From IMG/VR virus record IMGVR_UViG_3300045988_160639: a stretch of DNA of 64,000 bases; one strand, 5' to 3'. The notes below the pieces were generated by a model. It was not told the origin of the DNA and made no database searches. It worked only from the letters and a program-made list of their open reading frames with translations. Numbering within the stretch: position 1 is the first letter of the stretch; each line of letters begins with the position of its first letter. Of the stretch, positions 27,566-35,926 are shown piece after piece. The stretch comes from a virus. Made by a program: the position numbers and the translations under genes.

Positions 27566-27748
27566 TCAATTAAGTATATTATTATCAATACAGTATGTTA
27601 TCATCGTTTCAATAGCTTCTTTTTTTGTAATATCATTTTGTTTACAGTAGTTAATAAATAATTCATATATTTCATTACTTATTGTAATGTTTAATTGTTT
27701 GTTTTTATTATAATAATTTGTTAATGCTTTTTTCACACTTTCTTTCAT
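27566..27748 (-). CDS. Ribbon-helix-helix (CopG/Arc-like) regulator
   Basis: Start reset to MKESVKK (GAGGGGGG SD). LNITISNEIYELFINYCKQNDITKKEAIETMI fits the beta-strand/helix/helix pattern. Confidence 0.55.
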   Translation of the reverse strand: MKESVKKALTNYYNKNKQLNITISNEIYELFINYCKQNDITKKEAIETMITYCIDNNILN

Positions 27749-27826
27749 ATCTAAATCAGCCCCCCTCAATTATAATATTTGTGCATTATTATATGCTATT
27801 TTTCAAAATTTGTGATTGTATTTCCT

Positions 27827-27947
27827 CAATTTGTGCAATATCACAACAAATATACACTATATACAGTATATTCAACTATTTATACGCTGTTTAATACTCA
27901 TATTTCATTGTCATTTTGCACAAATTCCGTTATATTGCACAAATTGA
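27827..27947. promoter_or_regulatory. Operator-like repeats AATTTGTGCAAT / ATTGCACAAATT
   Basis: An exact 12-bp sequence at 27827-27838 and its reverse complement at 27936-27947. Partial copies lie near 27777, 27809 and 27913. Confidence 0.5.
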
Positions 27948-28033
27948 CTCGCTTTACATATTGCTAGGTATATGTTATAATATAATCAAGATAAGGGAAG
28001 GGAAAACAAAAGAAAACAAAATTCCCAACCTAA

Positions 28034-28062
28034 ATAATATCATAAACCAACAAAAATGTCAA
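28034..28062 (-). promoter_or_regulatory. Sigma-A-type promoter (TTGACA-17-TATTAT) reading leftward toward the RHH gene
   Basis: The reverse complement reads TTGACA tttttgttggtttatga TATTAT. Confidence 0.55.
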
Positions 28063-28076
28063 GCATATTTTTCAAC

Positions 28077-28105
28077 TTGACAAAATCGAAAGGAAGTTAT
28101 AAAAT
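28077..28105 (+). promoter_or_regulatory. Sigma-A-type promoter (TTGACA-17-TAAAAT) for the rightward early operon
   Basis: TTGACA aaatcgaaaggaagtta TAAAAT, back-to-back with the leftward promoter. Confidence 0.55.
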
Positions 28106-28333
28106 GACTACAATAAAAGCAACGTTCATTCAAGTGCTCTGTTTTAGGCTTTCCGAATTTTTCAGAAGGTCGCACAAAAAGCAGGTTACAAGAGCCTGCA
28201 CAATGGAATCAATTTAAAAGTAACGGCTTCAACGGCTGAACCAATAAATCAGCCGTCAATATCACGACAAAAAGGTAAATCCCTTCAAGCCGTGCCAAAG
28301 ATAAGCAAATAATAATTATGGAGGTTAAAACAT

Positions 28334-28708
28334 ATGAAAAGTTATATGGAAATAATGCAGACTCTTAAAAGTCAAAAAGCCCATTCAGCTTGGGAAAAGG
28401 GAGTAATAAACACAGCTATTGACCTTCTTGAAAACATTTCAGATTATGAAGTCAATGAAATTTCCAATTCTTCACTTCTTAAAAAGGCACTTTTGAACGG
28501 TGCTTCAAATTGGAGTGAATACAGTTGGGGAGGCTGTTATTTAATTTACAATAGCGATATTGCTGAAATGTTCTGTACACCTTCAGAGTTGAAGAAAACA
28601 CATAACGGTGAACGCAAGCCAAATAAAAATGAAGAATGGCTTGACGTTCAGGCAAGAGCATTAAATCAAGCTGCAAAAATGATTATAACAATAGCTTTTG
28701 AAGGATAA
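28334..28708 (+). CDS. Hypothetical early protein
   Basis: 124-aa ORF with SD GGAGGTTAAAACATATG. Confidence 0.65.
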   Translation: MKSYMEIMQTLKSQKAHSAWEKGVINTAIDLLENISDYEVNEISNSSLLKKALLNGASNWSEYSWGGCYLIYNSDIAEMFCTPSELKKTHNGERKPNKNEEWLDVQARALNQAAKMIITIAFEG

Positions 28709-28717
28709 ACATTTTTC

Positions 28718-28761
28718 AAGCTGTCAAACACAAGTAAATAATAAAATCTGTTTGACAGTTT
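28718..28761 (+). terminator. 13-bp stem hairpin, member of a repeated intergenic module
   Basis: TTTTTC-AAGCTGTCAAACA...TGTTTGACAGTT-TCATAAAGTGC. The flanks are the same as the hairpin at 29734-29773 but the stem sequence differs. Confidence 0.55.
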
Positions 28762-29028
28762 CATAAAGTGCTTTATCTGCACAAATTAAAAAAATTTTGG
28801 GAGGTTAAAACAATTTTGAATTTGGTGCGTATGCGGTAGCAGAACATTAAACACGTCAGGGCGTGTATAAAAAGGCATTTAGGCTCTGAGCGTTTACGGG
28901 GATTTTTCCCCGTAAGGTATGCACAATAAGCATAACAGCACGGTTAAACGGCTGTAAGCCGTTAGTCTCTCGCAATAGTGGGAGACAGCTAAATAAATAA
29001 AACGTGTATTTGATAGGAGGGTTTTAAA

Positions 29029-29322
29029 ATGGATATAACCGTAAAATATAACCGCAAAAATTTTTTCAACTTAGAAGATTATACAGAGGATATAAAGAAA
29101 AATGCAGATTTTAATGATCTGAAAAAAGCGTTTTCAGCACTTAAAAAAGACCGTAATTTTGCAATTCAGATTGATAATTACTGCCTAATCTGGGATACAA
29201 TAGCAGACTTTGAACACGGTTCATTGACTTGCTATGAATACGAAGCTGCCAACAGTCGTAAAGAATATTTGTGGAGTTTTGAGAGCTGTAAAAAGCACTT
29301 TTATTCAATGTTTAAAGATTAA
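29029..29322 (+). CDS. Hypothetical early protein
   Basis: 97-aa ORF with SD TAGGAGGG. Confidence 0.65.
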   Translation: MDITVKYNRKNFFNLEDYTEDIKKNADFNDLKKAFSALKKDRNFAIQIDNYCLIWDTIADFEHGSLTCYEYEAANSRKEYLWSFESCKKHFYSMFKD

Positions 29323-29428
29323 TTGCAGAGCATTGCAGGCGGTGCAATTCCGCTTGTAATAATGCAGCTTAACGGAAACGTTAAAAGGTTGCAAGCCCTT
29401 AAAAATTGAATTGATGGAGGTTTTAAAT

Positions 29429-29710
29429 ATGGGAAATGTGGAAAAAGTAACATATAAAGAATTTTATTGCAGATTAATACCTGTGTTGATATGGGATGAA
29501 CAATTACAAACAGCAAAATCAAAAACCGCTGTTGATTTTTGCAGAATTAAGATAAATAATTCATTGGAGGAAAATAATATTGTAAATTTGCGCACAATGA
29601 ACGGGAAATATTTTCCCCAAAAATTAACGGAGATTATGAAGAAAGTCTATTGTAACGAAGAGTGTTGGGAAACACTTGAAACTATTGCTAAAAAATATAA
29701 TATTGATTAA
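29429..29710 (+). CDS. Hypothetical early protein
   Basis: Start reset to MGNVEK (SD GATGGAGG). Confidence 0.6.
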   Translation: MGNVEKVTYKEFYCRLIPVLIWDEQLQTAKSKTAVDFCRIKINNSLEENNIVNLRTMNGKYFPQKLTEIMKKVYCNEECWETLETIAKKYNID

Positions 29711-29733
29711 TATTATATTTTCAAATGTTTTTC

Positions 29734-29773
29734 AAGCTGCTGAAAGCTAAAGAGCGGATAATTTCAGCAGCTT
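29734..29773 (+). terminator. 12-bp stem hairpin, second copy of the repeated intergenic module
   Basis: TTTTTC-AAGCTGCTGAAA...TTTCAGCAGCTT-CATAAAGCAC. Confidence 0.55.
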
Positions 29774-29978
29774 CATAAAGCACTTGAACTATATAACAGC
29801 ATATAGCAATGCAGAAATTGAATTTATACCCAAACGCATTATATGGTAATTCAACCATATTAATATCAGCGTGAAGAATAACCGCTTCCGCTGGAATATC
29901 TCCCGATCATCTGCATGAGGGTATGAGGGAGAGCCAAACGCCACAAGCGGAATAATACATATTATGGAGGTTTAAGCT

Positions 29979-30476
29979 ATGGATAATAACATTTTATCGG
30001 TATTTAAAACAAACGTGCAAACACACGCTGAGGAAATCAGAACGGCGCAAAAAGCCTATATCACAGCAAAAGCAGCCGAGGAAGCTATAAAGGGAATTGC
30101 TGAGGATATACAGCGGAAAATTCTTGCTGAAAATGTTTACATTATATCACCTGAATTTCAGAACAAAAGGGGTATTGGTGAACGTGTCACAGAACCTAAA
30201 CACACGTATTTAATGGACGAAGAAATATTCATCAATGACTTTCTTGAAAAGTGCTATGCAGAATATCAGAAGGCAGGGATAGCAGACAGCCGAGGAAAAG
30301 AGTATGTTCCTGAAGCCGTTGCAAGAGACACAAGACTTGAAGCGGAAAAAGCATTGATACAGCTTGCTGTTAACATACTGCCTGACATTCCCGAAAAGGA
30401 AACGTTAAAGAAAGCAACAACACATTGGAAATACAGAGACCAAATTCTTGATTTAATTTTGAGACTTGATGCTTGA
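29979..30476 (+). CDS. Hypothetical early protein
   Basis: 165-aa ORF with SD ATGGAGG. Confidence 0.65.
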   Translation: MDNNILSVFKTNVQTHAEEIRTAQKAYITAKAAEEAIKGIAEDIQRKILAENVYIISPEFQNKRGIGERVTEPKHTYLMDEEIFINDFLEKCYAEYQKAGIADSRGKEYVPEAVARDTRLEAEKALIQLAVNILPDIPEKETLKKATTHWKYRDQILDLILRLDA

Positions 30477-30490
30477 GGAGGATTAAATAA

Positions 30491-31006
30491 ATGAATAAAA
30501 CACAGATAAAAGAGCTTCAAAGAGCTATTGCACAAATGAATGCAACAGACAAAACAAAAAGCACATTTACTATTGAGGATAATTTTGTTTACTTTACACC
30601 AGAAGGTCATAGGGCATATAAAATAAATGTTAATGTTTTGTCGGAGACTGTAGAGGAAATTCCCAAAAGCAATTACAGCCGTTTAATTTCTGATGTATTC
30701 AATACAATAGCTACTTACGGAATAAATCAGATAAATATAAATCAGTCTGATTTATTGCAGCTTGCAAGGCAGCACAAAAAGGAAAATTCAAAAACACCGT
30801 TTATATTTGAATATCACGGTAAAAATTATGGCTTCCAGTCCAGATATATAATTGATGCTTTGAAAACTTTAGGCGCAAAAAGCAGGATATACATCAGCAA
30901 TGAAAAATATTCAAAGCTATACATAGAATCAGAGATAGGAGCTATAATTATATTGCCTATGAGGTTAAACGCAAACAGCACTATAAAAGCCGATTATACG
31001 GAATAA
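30491..31006 (+). CDS. Hypothetical early protein
   Basis: 171-aa ORF with SD TGAGGAGG. Confidence 0.65.
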   Translation: MNKTQIKELQRAIAQMNATDKTKSTFTIEDNFVYFTPEGHRAYKINVNVLSETVEEIPKSNYSRLISDVFNTIATYGINQININQSDLLQLARQHKKENSKTPFIFEYHGKNYGFQSRYIIDALKTLGAKSRIYISNEKYSKLYIESEIGAIIILPMRLNANSTIKADYTE

Positions 31007-31035
31007 AATAATTGTTTGATGAGGAGGATACAATA

Positions 31036-31191
31036 ATGAGCAAAGCGGAAAAAGCAATAGAAAAAGCCTATAAGGCTAAATGTAAACTCGCAACAGCATA
31101 CAACGTTGAAATAACTTCTATAGTCTGGATGGGTGACAACAAGTTTATTATTGTTGATAATGGAAAAGAAATTGAAGTCAATGCGGAATAA
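31036..31191 (+). CDS. Hypothetical 51-aa protein (below the ORF-track cutoff)
   Basis: MSKAEKAIEKAYKAKCKLATAYNVEITSIVWMGDNKFIIVDNGKEIEVNAE with SD GAGGAGGA. Confidence 0.5.
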   Translation: MSKAEKAIEKAYKAKCKLATAYNVEITSIVWMGDNKFIIVDNGKEIEVNAE

Positions 31192-31232
31192 AACAATACT
31201 TTGATGACTTTGATAAAAGGAGGAAAAATTCA

Positions 31233-31307
31233 ATGTTCATAATAGTTTTAATGCTCTATCTTTTCGCAGGCGTATGTGAAGATATATGGCTTCAGATCAA
31301 AAAATAA
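31233..31307 (+). CDS. 24-aa hydrophobic micropeptide
   Basis: MFIIVLMLYLFAGVCEDIWLQIKK with SD AAAGGAGGA. Confidence 0.35.
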   Translation: MFIIVLMLYLFAGVCEDIWLQIKK

Positions 31308-31325
31308 TACGGAGGAAAAAATAAA

Positions 31326-31508
31326 ATGAGAACAAAAGTAAGAACAACAAAACGGAATATAAATATTATAAACCTTGTAAGCACTGTAATATTATTGTAT
31401 ATCCTCGGAAGTTTTTTCGAGGTTAATATACATAATAAACTTGATGCTGATCCATTGGAAAATCCATATAACGCTTTTAGCCTGTTAAGTCAGGCTATGA
31501 GCGAATAA
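31326..31508 (+). CDS. Small membrane protein
   Basis: 60 aa with one TM segment (LVSTVILLYILGSFF). SD CGGAGGA. Confidence 0.55.
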   Translation: MRTKVRTTKRNINIINLVSTVILLYILGSFFEVNIHNKLDADPLENPYNAFSLLSQAMSE

Positions 31509-31537
31509 ACAAGTTAAACAAGTTGGAGGAAATTACT

Positions 31538-31816
31538 ATGAAAAATTACACTGTTGAAGTAAAGGTTAACAAGAATTTTTATAATGAACCGGATTATAAC
31601 ATTTGGGATTCTGATGCCTACCCTGAAGTGGATGCAGATACTGCGGAAGAAGCCATTTCAATGGCTATTGATAATTATCAGGATTCAATGATTTCTGATG
31701 ACACTGTGGAAGATGTGGAAGATATTGACTGCGAGAATGATACAGTATATTATACTGAAAATGGGATTCCTTGTAGAGTGATGTTTAGAGCTATAGAAAG
31801 GGAAAAGGTGGTTTGA
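31538..31816 (+). CDS. Hypothetical acidic protein
   Basis: Start reset to MKNYTVEV (SD TTGGAGGA). Confidence 0.6.
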   Translation: MKNYTVEVKVNKNFYNEPDYNIWDSDAYPEVDADTAEEAISMAIDNYQDSMISDDTVEDVEDIDCENDTVYYTENGIPCRVMFRAIEREKVV

Positions 31817-31817
31817 T

Positions 31818-32015
31818 ATGATTAACACATCGGAATTTTCAACTATTCTTACTGGATTATTCAGTGGGAATAGAGGAGAGGCACAACAAGCTGCGGAGAT
31901 CATCCGATATGACAATACATTTAGTCTAGAAGAATACGACAGAAGAAAACAGGATCGTTTAAATTATGAGGCGATGAAATTCAGCAAAAGCCTTGATTAT
32001 CACTTTATAAAGTGA
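31818..32015 (+). CDS. Hypothetical small protein
   Basis: 65-aa ORF with SD AAAGGTGG. Confidence 0.5.
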   Translation: MINTSEFSTILTGLFSGNRGEAQQAAEIIRYDNTFSLEEYDRRKQDRLNYEAMKFSKSLDYHFIK

Positions 32016-32071
32016 TATAATTAAATGTAGTAGTGTATGGATAAAATCACGATTTTGTAGGAGGAATAGCA

Positions 32072-32170
32072 ATGGAAATTCTTGAGGGCTTACAGCGTTT
32101 ACAGGTAATAAAAGACTTTAAGCGGGATAAATTTGCAATAAACAATAACGCTAAAGACATCAATAAGTAA
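32072..32170 (+). CDS. 32-aa micro-ORF matching the DGxQR core of the DUF262/ParB-like paralogs
   Basis: MEILEGLQRLQVIKDFKRDKFAINNNAKDINK, with strong SD GTAGGAGGA. It aligns to LVDGLQRTTTLVDFYHDKFAL of ORF 39453-40811. Confidence 0.45.
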   Translation: MEILEGLQRLQVIKDFKRDKFAINNNAKDINK

Positions 32171-32198
32171 ACGAAAATACATTGTAGGAGGAAATATT

Positions 32199-32393
32199 GT
32201 GAATAAATCAGAAATGGAAAAGAAGCTTGTGGAATATTTAGACGAAAGATATTCTTTAACGCTTGATATCAATGAGTCTATGTCTGTAAGAAGTGCAAAT
32301 ATGATATTTTACAACGGAGCGTGTACTGCCATTGCTCAAATCGGCAGCTGGGAACGCAAAGAAAACGGAAAACACATTGTAAAACTGAATTGA
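32199..32393 (+). CDS. Hypothetical small protein (GTG start)
   Basis: 64-aa ORF with SD AGGAGGA 7 nt before the GTG. Confidence 0.55.
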   Translation: MNKSEMEKKLVEYLDERYSLTLDINESMSVRSANMIFYNGACTAIAQIGSWERKENGKHIVKLN

Positions 32394-32425
32394 GATAAAG
32401 ATACATTTTATAGGAGGAATTTATT

Positions 32426-32620
32426 ATGACTATACAGGACTTTATGGAATTGCTTATTGACGGAGATTCACAACACTTCAATGTCTATGACAACGAAAAG
32501 GAGGAAATTATATTTGACGGATCTGGAAGTGAAATACCCGATGAATTTCTGGATGAGGAAGTTTCTTCTATGGATAATGTTTATGGTGATAACGATATTA
32601 TTACGTTAAACATCAATTAA
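32426..32620 (+). CDS. Hypothetical acidic small protein
   Basis: 64-aa ORF with SD TAGGAGGA. Confidence 0.6.
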   Translation: MTIQDFMELLIDGDSQHFNVYDNEKEEIIFDGSGSEIPDEFLDEEVSSMDNVYGDNDIITLNIN

Positions 32621-32788
32621 ACTTGGAGCGTTTGACATGGAGAAATTAATGTAAAGAGTATGAAATAAGCTATTCCGCAAGCGGAAGCACACAACTTCCG
32701 CATATGCTCCAAAGTCTGCATGATGACAGAGAAGCAACCAAACAATACATAAACACAAAACCGAAGGCACTAACAGGAGGAATTTATT

Positions 32789-32996
32789 ATGAAAACAAAA
32801 CAGGAACTTTTACAGATGCTTTTTTTCAAAGCTGGCTGAACTTCAAGACTTGAACAAAAAAGGGTTTACCACTAAAACGGTTTGGGAAACAGCAAATCTT
32901 ACTGCTAAACTTCAGGCAGAAATTACTTTACTTTATGACATTCTCGGTGAGGACGTTCCCGAAGAATACTGGGAGCAGATAGAAGAAGTGATCTAA
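32789..32996 (+). CDS. Small ORF needing a +1 shift at a T7 run (or a homopolymer error)
   Basis: ATG 32789 (SD CAGGAGGA) reads MKTKQELLQMLF and stops soon after the T7 run at 32820-32826. The +1 frame continues SKLAELQDLNKKGFTTKTVWETANLTAKLQAEITLLYDILGEDVPEEYWEQIEEVI. Confidence 0.35.
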
Positions 32997-33110
32997 AAAG
33001 TTGTCCGAGCAGCTATAAACAGTCCATTAAGCTCGGAGCGTTTGGCAGTCTGAGTAAGGCTGTCAAGGTTGGAAAAATCAAAGTAGGAAAGAATATGGAG
33101 GAAATAAATT

Positions 33111-33251
33111 ATGTACAGGGTACTATATAAAGGTTTTAATGGAAACTTTTCAATGTCAGACGAAATGTCATTAGAAAAAGCACAAGAGTACAAACAGAAA
33201 CTCATTAACGCACATTATCCAGTCGTTTATATAATTCAGATTGTAGAATAA
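33111..33251 (+). CDS. Hypothetical 46-aa protein
   Basis: MYRVLYKGFNGNFSMSDEMSLEKAQEYKQKLINAHYPVVYIIQIVE with SD ATGGAGGA. Confidence 0.45.
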   Translation: MYRVLYKGFNGNFSMSDEMSLEKAQEYKQKLINAHYPVVYIIQIVE

Positions 33252-33273
33252 TTTGAAAGTGAGGAAAATAATA

Positions 33274-33441
33274 ATGACTAACGAAGAATTTGTAAAGCTG
33301 TACAACATGAAATTACAGGAACTTAAAGAGGAATGCAAAGAGCAGGTAAAAGATGGAGAACTTACGGAAGAGGAAGCTGCATTTCGTTATGAAATGGTAA
33401 AGGATGAAATTTTATGGACGATGCCTGACCCTGTAGAATGA
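33274..33441 (+). CDS. Hypothetical small protein
   Basis: Start reset to MTNEEF (SD GTGAGGA). Confidence 0.55.
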   Translation: MTNEEFVKLYNMKLQELKEECKEQVKDGELTEEEAAFRYEMVKDEILWTMPDPVE

Positions 33442-33476
33442 AAACTTCGTTTTATCGGAAGAAAGGACGTGTAGGA

Positions 33477-33638
33477 ATGGAAGGACTAGAGAAACTTACT
33501 GGTAAACAGATCATTGATTATTTTACAAATAAAATAGCAGAAGAAAGAGGTATTCCAAAGCTGTTAGCACGGAAAATAGTTGTCATCGTTATGGCTAATG
33601 AAATTAATAAACGGCTCGGACTTTTTCACGGAATATAA
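33477..33638 (+). CDS. Hypothetical small protein
   Basis: Start reset to MEGLEKL. The SD is weak (TAGGAATGG). Confidence 0.4.
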   Translation: MEGLEKLTGKQIIDYFTNKIAEERGIPKLLARKIVVIVMANEINKRLGLFHGI

Positions 33639-33683
33639 AGGTGATGTGGAAATGAAATAGTTTAATGAAAGGCGTAAATAATT

Positions 33684-34181
33684 ATGGAAATAAAAGATTA
33701 TATTAATTTAAAAAGTCGTTTGAATCATAATTTAACAAATGACGGAATTAACAATCGTGACTGGCACAAGAATGATGATGCTGTTTTATTTTTTGGACTT
33801 AAATGTTCAAAGTGCGGACATACAGAAAAATTACAGTATCAAAACACTAAATCTAATGAAAATTTTGAAAAGGATTTTTCAGAACTTAAATATAAGGTTT
33901 CTTTATGGCTTTGTAGTGATGATGGAAAATTCCTTTGTCCTAAATGCTATAATGATTTTATGTTTAAAAAATCAGAAGAAAAAAGAAAACATTGTTGCTT
34001 ATGGTGCGAATATAGTTGGATTGAAGAAGATATTTTAAAGTGTTATCTGCATCAAAAACAAGTTTCGTGTAGTGAATGCTGCGATGACTATATTAAAGCA
34101 CATAGAGACAGAGATCCTGTAAAACAAGAAGAATTAAGAGAAAATTTTTATAAAGAATATTGTAATAAATCAGGTGAATGA
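33684..34181 (+). CDS. Cys-rich multi-zinc-finger protein
   Basis: 165 aa with CSKCGH, CPKC, CCLWC and CSECC clusters. Confidence 0.6.
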   Translation: MEIKDYINLKSRLNHNLTNDGINNRDWHKNDDAVLFFGLKCSKCGHTEKLQYQNTKSNENFEKDFSELKYKVSLWLCSDDGKFLCPKCYNDFMFKKSEEKRKHCCLWCEYSWIEEDILKCYLHQKQVSCSECCDDYIKAHRDRDPVKQEELRENFYKEYCNKSGE

Positions 34182-34241
34182 GGAACTATAATGGTAACTA
34201 TCGTATTTATTAAATATAGGGGATATTAAGGAGATGTTAAG

Positions 34242-34808
34242 ATGAACGAATATGAAACGTTACATATAGAATTTCATGCAGCTGGAGAATGTGATTCTTT
34301 AAATATCAATTTTAAAAATTTAGGTTGGTTTTATGATACAAAAACTGGCATCGCAATATATAAGAAATATATTGAAGCTGATTTAAAGGTAGGTACAATA
34401 TATGATTTTACATATGAAAACGAGGATGATTTAGTTATATACACTTATGTGGTTGTAAAGAAGGAAAATAATATCTATTATTTGGCTGAATATTATCATA
34501 ATAAATTTTATAAACCACAAGAAAATCATTTAGGAGAAAAGTGGATTAAGTGTGATGTAGAAAAGAAATTTGATATTAATTTAGAGAATTTTGTTGTAGA
34601 AGTTACAGAAAAAGCACTTGATGGCGTGGAAATAACAGGTTATAATAAAGGAAAAATTGACGGAATAAAAGAACTTGTAAAAGAATTAAAACAACATTCT
34701 TGTTTTTATGATTTTATAAATTATATAAGTTTTGAAGCTGTTGACATAGAAGCTATAGACGAAATAGCAGAAACGATGATAAAGAAAATTCGAGGTGAAA
34801 ACAAATGA
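34242..34808 (+). CDS. Hypothetical protein
   Basis: 188-aa ORF with SD TAAGGAG. Confidence 0.65.
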   Translation: MNEYETLHIEFHAAGECDSLNINFKNLGWFYDTKTGIAIYKKYIEADLKVGTIYDFTYENEDDLVIYTYVVVKKENNIYYLAEYYHNKFYKPQENHLGEKWIKCDVEKKFDINLENFVVEVTEKALDGVEITGYNKGKIDGIKELVKELKQHSCFYDFINYISFEAVDIEAIDEIAETMIKKIRGENK

Positions 34809-35338
34809 CTGGAATAAAAAGATTTAGCGATATACCACAATTCACAAGAGACGGAGCGTGGGAATGCAACTTTGATATAGAAGGCATTGCCCGTTGGATA
34901 AAGCAAGAGCAGGAAGAATTAGGCTTACAGCTTAATCCTAAATTTCAGAGAGGACACGTCTGGACAGAACAACAGCAAATAGCATTTCTCGAATATTTCT
35001 TTCGTGGTGGAAAATCAGGGTTGGTATGCTATTTCAATAAACCCGATTGGAATATTCACGTTCCCGATGAAGCATATAATGAGTATGTTTGCGTTGACGG
35101 ATTACAACGAATTACAGCTTGTCTGAGGTTTGTCAATAACGAAATCCCTATCTTTGGACGTTATTATAAAGACTTCGAGGATAAACCAAGAATGAGACAT
35201 ACATTAAGGTTCAATGTCAATGATCTAAAAAACGAAAAGGAAGTTTTGCAATGGTATATTGATATGAACGCAGGTGGAACATCTCATACATCGGAAGAAA
35301 TTGAACGTGTAAAAAAGATGATTGAGGAACTGGAATAA
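34805..35338 (+). CDS. Short DUF262/ParB-like (Srx-fold) protein, paralog 1
   Basis: KFQRGHVWTEQQQ, CVDGLQRITACLRF and DMNAGGTSHTSEE, in the order typical of DUF262. Confidence 0.7.
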   Translation: MTGIKRFSDIPQFTRDGAWECNFDIEGIARWIKQEQEELGLQLNPKFQRGHVWTEQQQIAFLEYFFRGGKSGLVCYFNKPDWNIHVPDEAYNEYVCVDGLQRITACLRFVNNEIPIFGRYYKDFEDKPRMRHTLRFNVNDLKNEKEVLQWYIDMNAGGTSHTSEEIERVKKMIEELE

Positions 35339-35361
35339 TTTAATGAAAGGTGGGTTTTATT

Positions 35362-35805
35362 ATGTCAAATGAAAATAGAGTATATCAAATATCGTGTCCA
35401 AATTGCCATCACGAGTGGAGTTATAGCGGAAACTATTATTCTCAGAAAATAAAACAATTAGGACATGACATTGAAGAAATAAATAATCAAATTTCAAAAA
35501 ATAAAAAGCTTCCAGAATGCAAAAGAAATAAGGAGTGGGAAAAAAGTGCTATTGAAGCAAAAAATATAAAACTTAAACAGTTAAAAGAACTTAAAGATAT
35601 AAAATCTCAATATAATATTGAAATGAATATGAATATCTATGAATGGTTCAAACAGCTTGTTAAGGATGAAATTGGAGAAAAACGTTATAAAGAACTTATT
35701 GAACAAGCTGATAAAGAAGCAAGAGCATATAGTATAAATACTATTGCAAGAACAACATATTCAAGAAAGGACGGAAAGAATATTATTTCAGTAACTAAGA
35801 TATAA
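35362..35805 (+). CDS. Zn-ribbon plus coiled-coil protein
   Basis: CPNCHH zinc ribbon followed by a Lys/Glu-rich helical region. Start reset to MSNENR. Confidence 0.55.
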   Translation: MSNENRVYQISCPNCHHEWSYSGNYYSQKIKQLGHDIEEINNQISKNKKLPECKRNKEWEKSAIEAKNIKLKQLKELKDIKSQYNIEMNMNIYEWFKQLVKDEIGEKRYKELIEQADKEARAYSINTIARTTYSRKDGKNIISVTKI

Positions 35806-35926
35806 TAAAACGCAAGTTCTATGAATTTGCAAGTGAATAATAAAATAGAACTTTCCTCTTGACAAATTGGGAAAAGCGTGATAATATTAAATTATCATTA
35901 CTTTTAATTTTGTCAGGAGGATTTTT

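Noticed and set aside
28104-28217. 37-codon ORF (MTTIKATFIQVLCF...) with an AAAGGAAG SD
   Set aside because: Its ATG lies inside the -10/start region of the predicted rightward early promoter, so it would not be on that transcript. The sequence is better explained as a structured leader.
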